DNA of 64,000 nucleotides from Gammaproteobacteria bacterium (GTDB lineage Bacteria; Pseudomonadota; Gammaproteobacteria; Magnimaribacterales; TMED112). The DNA is taken from the NCBI GenBank assembly GCA_038147295.1, contig JAYQTH010000002.1, positions 741,850-805,849 of the forward strand. The letters run 5' to 3'. Position numbers and translations under genes: made by a program. Below the pieces are notes generated by a model, which saw only the letters and a program-made list of their open reading frames with translations, was not told the origin of the DNA and made no database searches. Shown piece after piece: positions 1-10,053 of the stretch. Within the stretch, counting starts at the first letter, position 1. Each line of letters begins with the position of its first letter.

Positions 1-809
1 TGAGTAACGCTATCAAGAACGGAGTTAAAATTTGCTCGTTGACTAATTGTATTATCAATTTCCTTTGCCAGGCGCTCTGATATTTCTTCCACAGTTTTAG
101 ATATATTCTGTACTTGACTATCAGCAGGCCCCATTTTTTTGAATTTTTTACCTTTCAAAGCTCTTTGAGTTATCTCATATAATTTTGACAATTCTCTACG
201 TAGATTATTTTCAACACTAAGACTTAAAAACGTTGATGATGCGATGACCAAAATAAGTATTATAAAAAATGGATAAACAAAGAAATTATAAAACGAAGCA
301 TTAATATCCAATGGCAATGCAACTCTGATAATTCCTTGCGATAGATCATCTTTATCTCTCAGCAGTGCTACATAAATAAAATCTCTACCAGTAGTGTCGC
401 TTTTTCTTGTTGTAGAACCATAATCATTCAATAAAGCATCACCAATTTCTTGTCTAGTCTCTGGGGAATGCTTATCAAGAGAAGAAAGATTAGATTTTAT
501 AACAGCTGAATCGCCTATAACTATCCAATCTGAGTTGATAATAGAAACTCTTAGCTCATTACCATTATCATCTGTGACAGCATATTGGTCAGCTAGAAGG
601 TCAAAATCAACATTAGTGGAACTTAATTGTGGTAATGATTGGTTGATCGACTGAGCCTGTAAATATAGAGACTGTATTAGCTGTACACGAGAATTGTTAT
701 ATATAAATGTTGAGAAAATTGTTGTAACAATAGTTATGATAAAAAAAAGAAAGAGAGAGGACAGTATAAAGGTTCTTGAAAAGCCAATACCAAAAGGACT
801 TCTAGTCAT
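1..809 (-). CDS. Sensor histidine kinase, N-terminal part (C-terminus beyond window edge)
   Basis: The minus-strand frame is open from the ATG at 807-809 to position 1. The ATG shares one base with the upstream regulator stop (TAATG). Translation begins MTRSPFGIGFSRTFILSSLFLFFIITIVTT (TM1), continues through a ~150-aa extracytoplasmic segment and a second TM (FFVYPFFIILILVIASSTF), then a HAMP-like linker. It lies directly downstream of an OmpR-type regulator. The kinase core is not in the window. Confidence 0.7.
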   Translation of the reverse strand, partial: MTRSPFGIGFSRTFILSSLFLFFIITIVTTIFSTFIYNNSRVQLIQSLYLQAQSINQSLPQLSSTNVDFDLLADQYAVTDDNGNELRVSIINSDWIVIGDSAVIKSNLSSLDKHSPETRQEIGDALLNDYGSTTRKSDTTGRDFIYVALLRDKDDLSQGIIRVALPLDINASFYNFFVYPFFIILILVIASSTFLSLSVENNLRRELSKLYEITQRALKGKKFKKMGPADSQVQNISKTVEEISERLAKEIDNTISQRANFNSVLDSVT

Positions 810-1492
810 TAATTAGGAATATTTAATCTATAACCAACACCCCTGATAGTTTGAATAAAATCAATTTCAGAGCCAAGCTTTTCACGCAATCGCTTTATGT
901 GCGTATCTACGGTTCTGGTTGTTATTTCAGAACTATAGCCCCACACATCACCCAATAACTGGTCACGAGTTTGCACTCTTCCTCTACGTTGTGCCAAATG
1001 TTTAAGAAGCTTAAATTCTAAAGCAGTTAGTAAAATCTCATCTCCATTGATTGAAACTTCGTGAGCCGATAAATTTAAGTTAAGTGGGCCAAGGGAAATC
1101 TTATTATCGGTTTCAAATCCATTAGCCTGTTTTTTTATTATTACTTTAACTCGTAAGATTAACTCTCTAATACTGAATGGTTTCGTTACATAATCATCTG
1201 CGCCAACTTCAAAGCCTATGATTCTATCAACCTCCTCTCCTTTAGCTGTAAGCATAATTATTGATGGATCTGGGTACTCATCAGAATTTTTTATTTTTTT
1301 ACATACATCAATACCAGACATATCTGGCAACATTAAATCTAAAATAATGATATCTGGTTCAAATGATTTACTTAAAGTTAATGCCCCTTTACCAGATGAT
1401 TCGGATTTAACTTTAAAGCCTTCATTTTTAAAGTTGTAAGACAATGTTTCACGGATATCCGGTTCGTCTTCAATAATTAGTATCTTAGTCAT
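809..1492 (-). CDS. OmpR/PhoB-family response regulator (receiver + winged-helix)
   Basis: 227 aa. Receiver motifs are ILIIEDEPDIRE, DIIILDLMLPDMSG and TAKGEE..DDYVTKPFS. The C-terminal winged helix carries LTALEFKLL...RTVDTHIKRLREKL...IRGVGYRL. Confidence 0.9.
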   Translation of the reverse strand: MTKILIIEDEPDIRETLSYNFKNEGFKVKSESSGKGALTLSKSFEPDIIILDLMLPDMSGIDVCKKIKNSDEYPDPSIIMLTAKGEEVDRIIGFEVGADDYVTKPFSIRELILRVKVIIKKQANGFETDNKISLGPLNLNLSAHEVSINGDEILLTALEFKLLKHLAQRRGRVQTRDQLLGDVWGYSSEITTRTVDTHIKRLREKLGSEIDFIQTIRGVGYRLNIPN

Positions 1493-3161
1493 TTATTTTA
1501 TGGTCTGATAGCATTTGTTTTATCAAGACTCTATCAATTTTCTCAGATGCAATTCGTGGTAAAGGGTTAGATGAAAATAAGATAACTTCAGGAAGTTTAT
1601 AGCCAGCAAGATTGCTGGAAAGAAAATCTTTAATTTCTTGTGAAGATAAATTTTCTTTGCAATATATCATTGCTCCAACAATTTCACCAAATTTCTCATC
1701 TTCAATTCCACTAACGCATGATTCAAGAACAAATGGATGTTTATCAATGGCGTTTTCAACTTCTAATGTTGAAATATTTTCTCCCCCTCGAATAATTAAT
1801 GCCTTTTTTCTATCAACAATAAAGAGATAGCCATCTTCATCGATGTAGCCTAAGTCACCTGTACGCAACCATCCATTTTGAATGGTTTTTGCTGTTTCTT
1901 CTGAATTTTTTAGATACCCAACAGTATTAGTTGGTGATTTGAATACAAGTTCGCCAATATCATTTGTATTTAATAGATTCCAATTCTCATCCATGATGCC
2001 AATCTCAGTAATTAGAGGAACTGGCAATCCACAACTTGTTGGTCTCTCTAAATAAGATTCTCCTCTATGAATAGTTCCCAGAGCAGCCGTTTCTGTCATA
2101 CCCCAAGCAAATGTTAGTGGAAGGTTAAACTTTTCTGTTAATTGCTTTACTTGCTCTTCTGGGCGTGCAGAACCCCCAGCACCTATATCAATTAATGAAG
2201 AAAGATCATAGGAATCAACATCTGGATGATTTAGTAAGTCCCAAGATTGTGTAGGAACTCCACTTAAATTTGTAATTTTTTCATTGTGGATGAGTTTAAG
2301 TGCCTCCTCTGCATCCCACTTATGCATAAGATACATATTTCTTTTAGCAAGCATTGATAGTAAAAATTGTGTTATAAGTCCTGTAACATGAAAAAGAGGC
2401 ACATTAATGATTACACTGGCATTTTCTACTTGTAAAAGTGGTTCTTTGGTAATGTGAGTTGTTAATTCGCCTAACGCATAAAACCCTAACATAGAGTTAA
2501 CGATTGAAAGATGTGTAAGCATGACTCCTTTGGGCAAACCAGTGCTTCCGGATGTATATAAGACAACAGCTACATCTTCATCTTTAGCATTTAATTCAGG
2601 CCAATTATCAGCAGATGTATCTAATGCTTCATCTATAGATGTTGTTCCATCAACATTTCCACTTACTACTAAATTGACATTTAAATTTTTTGCTAGATCG
2701 TATCTTTTTTGATCTACGAAAATAAGTTTTACTTCACTATGCTCAACACCGTAAGCAAGCTCATCTTCTTTCCACCATGAATTAAATGGCACACAAGTTA
2801 TGCCACTACCAGCAACCCCTAGAAAGGCAATAACCCAATCGATGGAATTTTGCATGCAAATACCAACACTATCTCCTGGTTTTAAATTCTGCTCGGCAAG
2901 GTAACTAGATATGCTTTTAGCTTTGGCAATAATCTCACTAAATTGATACTGTGTTCCCCTATCATTGATAAATGGGAAATCTCCCATCAATAATTGAACT
3001 GTATTAATAAGATCACGCAGCGTCGGAGGAGCATTTTTAAAGACGTTGTGATCAGTACCGTTGATATTTCTTTCAACCAATTCAAGCATTGGATTTACAT
3101 GCCTTAATTCTTCAAAGGCAACTCTTAAGTCATTGAGACTTGAAACTTTTTGGTTCGTCAT
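1485..3161 (-). CDS. AMP-dependent synthetase/ligase (acyl-CoA synthetase family)
   Basis: 558 aa with the adenylation motifs LYTSGSTGLPKGV, WGMTE, GWLRTGDLGYIDEDGY and IVDRKK. It overlaps the regulator start by 8 nt. Confidence 0.85.
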   Translation of the reverse strand: MTNQKVSSLNDLRVAFEELRHVNPMLELVERNINGTDHNVFKNAPPTLRDLINTVQLLMGDFPFINDRGTQYQFSEIIAKAKSISSYLAEQNLKPGDSVGICMQNSIDWVIAFLGVAGSGITCVPFNSWWKEDELAYGVEHSEVKLIFVDQKRYDLAKNLNVNLVVSGNVDGTTSIDEALDTSADNWPELNAKDEDVAVVLYTSGSTGLPKGVMLTHLSIVNSMLGFYALGELTTHITKEPLLQVENASVIINVPLFHVTGLITQFLLSMLAKRNMYLMHKWDAEEALKLIHNEKITNLSGVPTQSWDLLNHPDVDSYDLSSLIDIGAGGSARPEEQVKQLTEKFNLPLTFAWGMTETAALGTIHRGESYLERPTSCGLPVPLITEIGIMDENWNLLNTNDIGELVFKSPTNTVGYLKNSEETAKTIQNGWLRTGDLGYIDEDGYLFIVDRKKALIIRGGENISTLEVENAIDKHPFVLESCVSGIEDEKFGEIVGAMIYCKENLSSQEIKDFLSSNLAGYKLPEVILFSSNPLPRIASEKIDRVLIKQMLSDHKIND

Positions 3162-3205
3162 TCCTAAAATTTATAATGTAGACTAAAAACTTTAAACTAA
3201 TCTCT

Positions 3206-3754
3206 ATGGAAGACCAAATATTCTTTGACAATAAATTTATTTTTTTTCAAGAGAAGAATAAAGACGATTTTTTTTATGGATCTTTGGTATATATAGTAGA
3301 GCATAATTCAAATGGTGCCATCGGTATCGTTGTAAATAAATTGATCTCAGTTGATGAAAATCAAATTTATAAATCCTTAGGAATTAAAAGTGATAGTAAC
3401 CACAAATCTTTATTAAATGGTGGGCCTGTAGATATCAATAAATTATTTATCATTCATGAAAAACCCGATCATAATGAATCAATCTATACATCATCAGGCA
3501 TTGGTTTAACTTCCAATATTGAAATCATTAAATCCTTACACGAAATAGTTAATTATAAGTTTGCTATTGGTTATTGTGGTTGGGATGCAGGACAGCTTGA
3601 CTATGAGATATCACTAAATAGCTGGCTTGTTTTGGATGTAAATCCTAAAATAATATTCGATTTTCCACCAAATAAAATTGTGGATGAAGTTTCAAAGTTG
3701 ATGGGCTTTGATATCAATCAAGTTCAAAATACTGAAACTGTGACAAAACATTAA
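3206..3754 (+). CDS. YqgE/AlgH-family protein (UPF0301)
   Basis: 182 aa. FFYGSLVYIVEHNSNGAIGIVVNK and GGPV...LFIIH are collinear with E. coli YqgE as I recall it. Confidence 0.8.
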   Translation: MEDQIFFDNKFIFFQEKNKDDFFYGSLVYIVEHNSNGAIGIVVNKLISVDENQIYKSLGIKSDSNHKSLLNGGPVDINKLFIIHEKPDHNESIYTSSGIGLTSNIEIIKSLHEIVNYKFAIGYCGWDAGQLDYEISLNSWLVLDVNPKIIFDFPPNKIVDEVSKLMGFDINQVQNTETVTKH

Positions 3755-3755
3755 T

Positions 3756-4754
3756 ATGAGAATCTTTTTATCAATTTCATCATACAAAGATCCATTGCTA
3801 ATCAATACCCTCTTATCTGCCTATAACAATGCAAACAATAAAGATAATGTTATCTTTGCTGTCGTTGATCAAAATAATCAGAAGCTTGATCTAGATATTT
3901 TTCCTTTCAAAGATCAGCTGCGATACTTATTTTTACCTGCTGAGTATGCCAGAGGCTGTGCATGGGCTAGATCTTTAGCTCAAAGTTTGTACATGGGCGA
4001 AGAGTATTTTTTTCAAGTAGATTCGCATACTATCTTTGAGCCTGGGTGGGATGAGTATTTTGTTTCATACCTTAAAAAAATTCAGCAAAGATTCCATAAA
4101 CCAGTTATAAGTTGCTATCCAAGAAATTTTGAAATCGAGGACCTTGATAGCCAAAGATATACCAAATCACAGTACGAAGATAAAACAACCCACGTAATGG
4201 TGATTGATGAAACTCGTGTTTTTAAAGAGGGTTATTTTTCTATGAAAAAAGGAATTTCAAGCGGAGATAATGCTATTAAAAAAGGATTTTTGATAGCCGG
4301 TGGTTGCATCTTTGGTCCTGGCTCGATGGTTGATGAAGTTCCTTACGATCCTTTCTTATATTTCGATGGCGAAGAAGACTCTTTAGCATGGCGGCTGTAT
4401 ACGAATGGATACACAATATTTCATACCCCTGATACTCCTTTGTATCACTATTACGTAAATCCTAATAACGTAATTAAACGTCCGTTGCACTGGGATCCTG
4501 AAGAAAATATAGATAGACCAACAAATTGGGTAGATCTTAAAAATAGAGGCCGTGAGCGACTAAATCAAATTGTTGAAAATAATCTCAAGCCGCCATATGG
4601 TCTTGGAAATGTTAAAACTCTTGAAGATTATGCAAACTTTACTGGGCTAGATATAAAAAATAGATCGGTAATTAAACCAGACAATGTTTTTAAATTTACA
4701 GAACTAAATGAGCTTAAATGGACCGAAAATGCTGAAAAGTTTAAATTTTTTTAA
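3756..4754 (+). CDS. Glycosyltransferase, GlcNAc-transferase-like family (GT-A fold)
   Basis: 332 aa. The N-terminus RIFLSISSYKDPLLINTLLSAY....IFAVVDQ resembles the Glycosyltransferase (GlcNAc) family signature from memory, and an acidic DGEED segment is present. The family assignment has not been verified by search. Confidence 0.5.
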   Translation: MRIFLSISSYKDPLLINTLLSAYNNANNKDNVIFAVVDQNNQKLDLDIFPFKDQLRYLFLPAEYARGCAWARSLAQSLYMGEEYFFQVDSHTIFEPGWDEYFVSYLKKIQQRFHKPVISCYPRNFEIEDLDSQRYTKSQYEDKTTHVMVIDETRVFKEGYFSMKKGISSGDNAIKKGFLIAGGCIFGPGSMVDEVPYDPFLYFDGEEDSLAWRLYTNGYTIFHTPDTPLYHYYVNPNNVIKRPLHWDPEENIDRPTNWVDLKNRGRERLNQIVENNLKPPYGLGNVKTLEDYANFTGLDIKNRSVIKPDNVFKFTELNELKWTENAEKFKFF

Positions 4755-4755
4755 A

Positions 4756-6450
4756 ATGAGAATTGCCTTTTTATTAACCATATTCATAAGTAGTTTAAAT
4801 GCACAAGAAGTGATTCGAGGAAAAACTGTCAGTGCAACTGATTCAATGGTGGTTACAAGACATTATCTTGCAACTGAAGTCGGAAACGATGTTTTAATGG
4901 ATGGTGGAAATGCCATTGATGCAGCTGTTGCTATTTCTTTTGCTCTAGCTGTTGTGCTTCCCCAGGCAGGGAATATTGGTGGAGGAGGTTTTTTGGTTCA
5001 TTACAATAAGGACCAAGATTCTTTTTACTCAATTGATTATCGTGAACAGGCTCCAGGAAAATCATATGAATCCATGTTTATTAGAAATGGCAAAGTAGAT
5101 AGAAACCTTGCAATCCAATCTTATCTTAGTTCTGGTACTCCAGGCAGTGTTCATGGGCTATATGAAGCACATAAACGCTTTGGTAATCTATCATGGTCTC
5201 GTTTAGTAAATCCAGCTATAAAATTGGCATTAAATGGTTTTACTGTCACTAAAACACTAGCGGATTCTCTCAAAAGTAATGTACAAAAACTATCAGCTAC
5301 ACCCGATGGGAAAAAGATATTTTTTAAAAACAATCAACCTCTTTTAGAAGGCGATTTATTAATTCAAAAAGAGCTAGCCAAAACCTTAACTCTTATTGCT
5401 GAAAATGGTGCTAAAGGCTTCTATGAAGGAGAAACTGCCAAGAAAATAGCTAAAGATATGGCAGATAACGATGGAATAATTACCGAGGAGGATTTAAAGC
5501 AATATAGATCTAAATTCAGGAAGCCTGTTAAGTTTAATTATAAAGACTTAGAGATTGTTACCATGCCTCCACCATCTTCAGGCGGCTTATTGTTACAGTT
5601 AATGTTAAGGCTTTTTGAATTAAATAATTTAAATACCAACGATCCTTACGATTCAAAAAACATTTTGCTAACTTCAGAAATTATGCAAATAGCATATTCC
5701 GTAAGATCTGAATATCTAGGAGATCCAGATTTTTATGATGTGCCGTTTGAAAGTTTTAGCGATGAAGAAATAATCAAAAAACTTAATCAGATGATAAATT
5801 TTAAACAATCATCAACAGCAAATACTTACCTACCCGGTGAGTATATTTTTAAAGAGAACACTACTCATTTCTCTGTAGCAGATCAATTTGGCAATCTAGT
5901 TAGTAATACAACAACTTTAAATACCGCATTTGGTTCTGGTGTAGTGATTAAAGGTACTGGCGTATTAATGAATAATGAAATGGATGATTTTTCCGCTGCT
6001 CCTGGTGAACCTAATTATTTTGGTTTGCTTGGTAATGAAGCGAATAAAATTGAACCTTTTAAGAGGCCTCTTAGTTCCATGACACCGACTATTGTATTTA
6101 AAGATGGAGAACCTTTTTTATTAACAGGCGCTCAAGGTGGTTCAAGAATTATTACAGCAGCATTGCAAGTGATTCTAAATTATTATGAATACGGTTTATC
6201 TCCTGAAGAGAGTGTAATGAACGCTAGATACCACCATCAATGGTTACCAGATAAACTTTATTTTGAAAAAGACTTAAATAATTCCTTCAATGCATTTCTG
6301 CAAAATGAATTGCAAGCTCTAGGATTTACTCTAGAGGAAAGAGAAACAAATGGAATAACTGCGTCTATAATGTTTCATGATAAAGAGATGACCGGTGTTA
6401 GTGATAAACGATCATCGGATTATTTAGCAATTGGAGTAAGCAATGAATAG
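4756..6450 (+). CDS. ggt: Gamma-glutamyltranspeptidase
   Basis: Family motifs are GGNAIDAAVA, PPPSSGG, the catalytic TTHFSVAD, and MDDFS...PNYFGL...KRPLSSMTP. I moved the start to the ATG at 4756 (MRIAFLLTIFISSLNAQE signal peptide) rather than the track start at 4708, which overlaps the previous gene. Confidence 0.9.
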   Translation: MRIAFLLTIFISSLNAQEVIRGKTVSATDSMVVTRHYLATEVGNDVLMDGGNAIDAAVAISFALAVVLPQAGNIGGGGFLVHYNKDQDSFYSIDYREQAPGKSYESMFIRNGKVDRNLAIQSYLSSGTPGSVHGLYEAHKRFGNLSWSRLVNPAIKLALNGFTVTKTLADSLKSNVQKLSATPDGKKIFFKNNQPLLEGDLLIQKELAKTLTLIAENGAKGFYEGETAKKIAKDMADNDGIITEEDLKQYRSKFRKPVKFNYKDLEIVTMPPPSSGGLLLQLMLRLFELNNLNTNDPYDSKNILLTSEIMQIAYSVRSEYLGDPDFYDVPFESFSDEEIIKKLNQMINFKQSSTANTYLPGEYIFKENTTHFSVADQFGNLVSNTTTLNTAFGSGVVIKGTGVLMNNEMDDFSAAPGEPNYFGLLGNEANKIEPFKRPLSSMTPTIVFKDGEPFLLTGAQGGSRIITAALQVILNYYEYGLSPEESVMNARYHHQWLPDKLYFEKDLNNSFNAFLQNELQALGFTLEERETNGITASIMFHDKEMTGVSDKRSSDYLAIGVSNE

Positions 6451-7498
6451 AAATATAAATTTTGATTTTATAAGTTCCCTGCCCTGGATAGAATTAACCG
6501 TCATTGTCGTTTGCACGATATTTGCAATTATCATTGCAAGGACAGTTATATTTGGTCTTATAAAAAAAGCCACTCACCTAACAGATTCGAAACATGACGA
6601 TGCATTAGCAGACTCTCTAAAAAAGCCTTTAACACTAGTACCTCTTGGTATTGGTTTATATGTATTTATTAATGCATTGCCATTAAATGAGAACCTGGGT
6701 GCATATGCAGAATTATTTGTACTAAGTTATTTCTATATCACAATTTTTTGGTCAATAGCTAGCTCATTGGATCCTGTGAAAGATATAGTTACTGAACAAT
6801 ACGAATTCTTAACTCCAACCTTAAGAAATTGGATTTTTAGAACATTAAAATTCATTGCTTATTTAATTGCCATTGTCAGTGTATTGGAACTATGGGGAGT
6901 TGATGCAGCCTCTATAATAGCTGGTTTAGGGCTATTTTCTGTAGCCTTAGCACTTGGGGCACAAAATTTCTTTAAAAATTTAATTGGTGGATTGCTAATT
7001 ATTGGTGAAAAAAGATTTAAACAAGGTGACTGGATCAATATTGAAGGAGTCGCTGAAGGAGAAGTAGAAAAAATAGATTTTAGATCAACATTAATAAGAC
7101 GTTTTGATAAAGCGCCAATTTATGTACCTAATTCAGTACTGAGTGATTCTGAGATTATAAATTTTTCTGAAATGCCATTTAGAAGAATCAGATTCCATGT
7201 TGGCTTAATCTATCAAACATCACCGGAAACAATGATGGCTATAAGAAAAGATATCGAGAAGTATATCGAAAGCAATGACAACTTAGTTAATTCTGAAGAA
7301 GTTAAGTCTACTATCAGAGTTACAAATTTTAATGATTCAAGTATTGATGTTCTTGTTAACTGCTTTACTAAATCAACTTTATGGCATGATTTTTGTATAG
7401 CAAGAGAAGATTTAATTCTTGAAATAATGCGCATTGTTAAATCCAATGGTTCGGATTTTGCTTATCCAACGAGAACAATCCATTTAGAAAAAGATTGA
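6443..7498 (+). CDS. Mechanosensitive ion channel (MscS family)
   Basis: 351 aa. N-terminal TM helices are followed by the MscS core GAQNFFKNLIGGLLIIGEKRFKQGDWI...G.VE.I.FRST.IR. Confidence 0.85.
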   Translation: MNRNINFDFISSLPWIELTVIVVCTIFAIIIARTVIFGLIKKATHLTDSKHDDALADSLKKPLTLVPLGIGLYVFINALPLNENLGAYAELFVLSYFYITIFWSIASSLDPVKDIVTEQYEFLTPTLRNWIFRTLKFIAYLIAIVSVLELWGVDAASIIAGLGLFSVALALGAQNFFKNLIGGLLIIGEKRFKQGDWINIEGVAEGEVEKIDFRSTLIRRFDKAPIYVPNSVLSDSEIINFSEMPFRRIRFHVGLIYQTSPETMMAIRKDIEKYIESNDNLVNSEEVKSTIRVTNFNDSSIDVLVNCFTKSTLWHDFCIAREDLILEIMRIVKSNGSDFAYPTRTIHLEKD

Positions 7499-7553
7499 AC
7501 TTTTTTAAACTCTCATCAATCTAATAAATTAATCGACATCCTCACTCGATATT

Positions 7554-7580
7554 AGGGCGCTACATGCGCCCTTCTTATTT
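7554..7580 (+). terminator. Putative intrinsic terminator after the MscS gene
   Basis: GC-rich hairpin AGGGCGC-tacat-GCGCCCT (7554-7572) followed by the T-rich tail TCTTATTT. It lies 55 nt after the stop codon. Confidence 0.55.
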
Positions 7581-7607
7581 ATAAATGTCAAAAGTATAAT
7601 TTCTTAT

Positions 7608-8150
7608 ATGTGTGGTAGATTTGTTATTACTGGCAACCCCTTTGAATTAGGATTAAAAGATAACTTTAACGTTAGTCCTGGACAAAATATTCCGATAAAA
7701 ACATTAAATTGTGATGGCCAGTTAAAATCTTGGTTTTATTCACCTACTTGGAAAAAAGATATGAATTTAATCAATTGTAGATCTGAGACAATGTTAGAAA
7801 AACCATCCTTTAAAGAAGCTAAGAAATGCATTATTCCATTTTCTGGCTGGTATGAATGGAAGAATGAGAATAATATCAAAGTTCCATACTATCTTTACTC
7901 TGATGCTAAATATTTTGCAGGGTTATACAACAATGATGGGTGCCTGATAGTAACAACAAAAGCATCGTCTAATATTAAGCACATTCATCACCGCCAACCC
8001 TTATTAATTGATGAATGGAACTTGGATAAATGGTTTATGGATAATGCTCTACAGGAAAATTATTCAGTAAATGAAATTAATTACTACCAAGTGAGTAAAA
8101 GTGTTAATAATCCAAAAAATAATACACCAGCCTTAATTCAAGAGCTTTAA
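7608..8150 (+). CDS. SOS-response-associated peptidase (SRAP/YedK family), short form
   Basis: N-terminal MCGRF (catalytic Cys2), SGWYEW, and HHRQPLLI. At 180 aa it is somewhat shorter than typical members. Confidence 0.8.
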   Translation: MCGRFVITGNPFELGLKDNFNVSPGQNIPIKTLNCDGQLKSWFYSPTWKKDMNLINCRSETMLEKPSFKEAKKCIIPFSGWYEWKNENNIKVPYYLYSDAKYFAGLYNNDGCLIVTTKASSNIKHIHHRQPLLIDEWNLDKWFMDNALQENYSVNEINYYQVSKSVNNPKNNTPALIQEL

Positions 8151-9964
8151 GGCAACAGGTAATTAAGAATAAATTCTTGAGTTAAAGCAGGATCATTTAA
8201 TGGCAAGATTAGAGATTTATCCAACTGTTTATTAACTATATTGATGCAGTAAGTTTCAGGAATTGATTCAGTATTTATTGATGCATATATCTTTAGGCAT
8301 TCATCGATCCAGATATAGCTTTTATGTAAATCATCATTACCTGCTCCAGTCCAGTTTAAATCAATAATTTTTCTCGAAAGCGGTACAGAATAGTAGAAAT
8401 CATAAAATATTTTCTCAATTTGATTGTTATCAAAAACAAAAATAGCTGGAAATTGAGAGTATCTATCACCAAAATTTATTCGTCGCTTAACAAGATCAAC
8501 ATTAAACCCACTGTCCAATTGAGGAAAGGACCAAAGATTTAATACCTTCTTTTTGTTAAGTGAGATAATCTTATCAAGATCTTGTGTCTCTAAGCTCTCT
8601 TGGAAGAACAAGTTTCTGCCTAACCCCAATCCTTTTACATCAGTGCCAATTAAACTTAAAACGGTGGGTCCAATATCGAACACATTGCCTTTCATATGAA
8701 GCTTTCCAGGATTAACATTGGCATCAAAAATCATAAATAAGTTTTTTCTGTTGCCTTTATCAAGAACATCTGAGGCAGTATTAACACGTGCATAATGATC
8801 AGAAAGTACAACTAAGGTAGTATTTTTATATATTGGCGATGTAAGAATATTTTCAATAAATCTACCTGCTAATAGGTCGGCGCAATGAACTGCATTAAGT
8901 ATTGGATTGGATCCATCTTTATAAGGTTTATCTTTGCAAGAATCTGAGATGTAGCCATTTGGATGGTGAGTATCGAGAGTGAGTGCAAATACTCCAAAAG
9001 GATTTTTATCTCTATTAAGAGAATTGATTCTCTCTAGCACTATATCAAGTAACTCATCATCGTACACACCCCAGGGTGAGCGATAGTATGGATCATTAAT
9101 TTGTGTTTTTAATTCTGTCCATCCTTCAACGACATCAAAACCGTGCGATTTATAAAACTTACCTTTGCCACCAAAATCTAAATCTGCTCCTCCAATAAAA
9201 TGTAAGTTGTAATTTCTGTTTTTTAAAATATCACCTATACAAAGAGCTGAGGGTAAAAATTCGTCAACACCAGACATTGAGCTACCGCTTGCAACAGGTG
9301 TATACAATGGAATGCCGCATTGTGATGCAGACATACCTGCAATTGTCCAGTTAGTTGCTTTTGGTGATGAGATATTAGTAAAGCTAAGGGATAATTTTTC
9401 AAGACTAGCTAAATTTGGAGTCAATTCAGGAAATAGAGTTTCATTAAAATAAGTACGCTCTAGTTGTTCTAGGTATAAGAAAATAACGTTATTAGTGCTA
9501 TCGGAATAAGAAATATCCTGCTCAAAGAAAAAATTATCATCGGTGCTCGCCTCATTCAAAGTAATAAATTTTTGAAAATCTTTAATAAATGGGGTAGAAA
9601 TAATGGAGCAAAAGATAAGAAATAAAGCTAAATATCCATTAAAAAGGGTCTTATTTTGATTGATCAAAAAATTTTTATATTTTGGTATCAAGTAAACCAT
9701 AGAACCAATTGATGCTGTTGTTAAAACAATTGCTAGATAGTAGTCATCTAAACCACTTCCCTTTATGCCGAAAACAAGATGAAATACTATGGCTTCAAAT
9801 ATTTCAGATCCAAATATATTCTGAAGAACTTGGTACCCAGCTAAAAGAAAGATGCTCAGATAAGAAAAAGCAATAAAACATATCCAGAGCAGCTTACTAT
9901 GTAATTTAAAGCTTGATCTTGCTAGTAACAAGGAAAGTATTAACAAAAATATTGATACGAACAT
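8147..9964 (-). CDS. Membrane-anchored sulfatase-family transferase (phosphoglycerol transferase/LTA-synthase-like)
   Basis: 605 aa. Four to five N-terminal TM helices are followed by an alkaline-phosphatase-superfamily domain (TNWTIAGM, LTLDTHHPNGY, VVLSDHY). Confidence 0.65.
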   Translation of the reverse strand: MFVSIFLLILSLLLARSSFKLHSKLLWICFIAFSYLSIFLLAGYQVLQNIFGSEIFEAIVFHLVFGIKGSGLDDYYLAIVLTTASIGSMVYLIPKYKNFLINQNKTLFNGYLALFLIFCSIISTPFIKDFQKFITLNEASTDDNFFFEQDISYSDSTNNVIFLYLEQLERTYFNETLFPELTPNLASLEKLSLSFTNISSPKATNWTIAGMSASQCGIPLYTPVASGSSMSGVDEFLPSALCIGDILKNRNYNLHFIGGADLDFGGKGKFYKSHGFDVVEGWTELKTQINDPYYRSPWGVYDDELLDIVLERINSLNRDKNPFGVFALTLDTHHPNGYISDSCKDKPYKDGSNPILNAVHCADLLAGRFIENILTSPIYKNTTLVVLSDHYARVNTASDVLDKGNRKNLFMIFDANVNPGKLHMKGNVFDIGPTVLSLIGTDVKGLGLGRNLFFQESLETQDLDKIISLNKKKVLNLWSFPQLDSGFNVDLVKRRINFGDRYSQFPAIFVFDNNQIEKIFYDFYYSVPLSRKIIDLNWTGAGNDDLHKSYIWIDECLKIYASINTESIPETYCINIVNKQLDKSLILPLNDPALTQEFILNYLLP

Positions 9965-10053
9965 TAGCTATGAGATATATCAAAATAATATTAAAGCATA
10001 ACAATCACAGCACAATCTTTGTAAGACTTTAAATAATTTTGTAAATTTTATAC

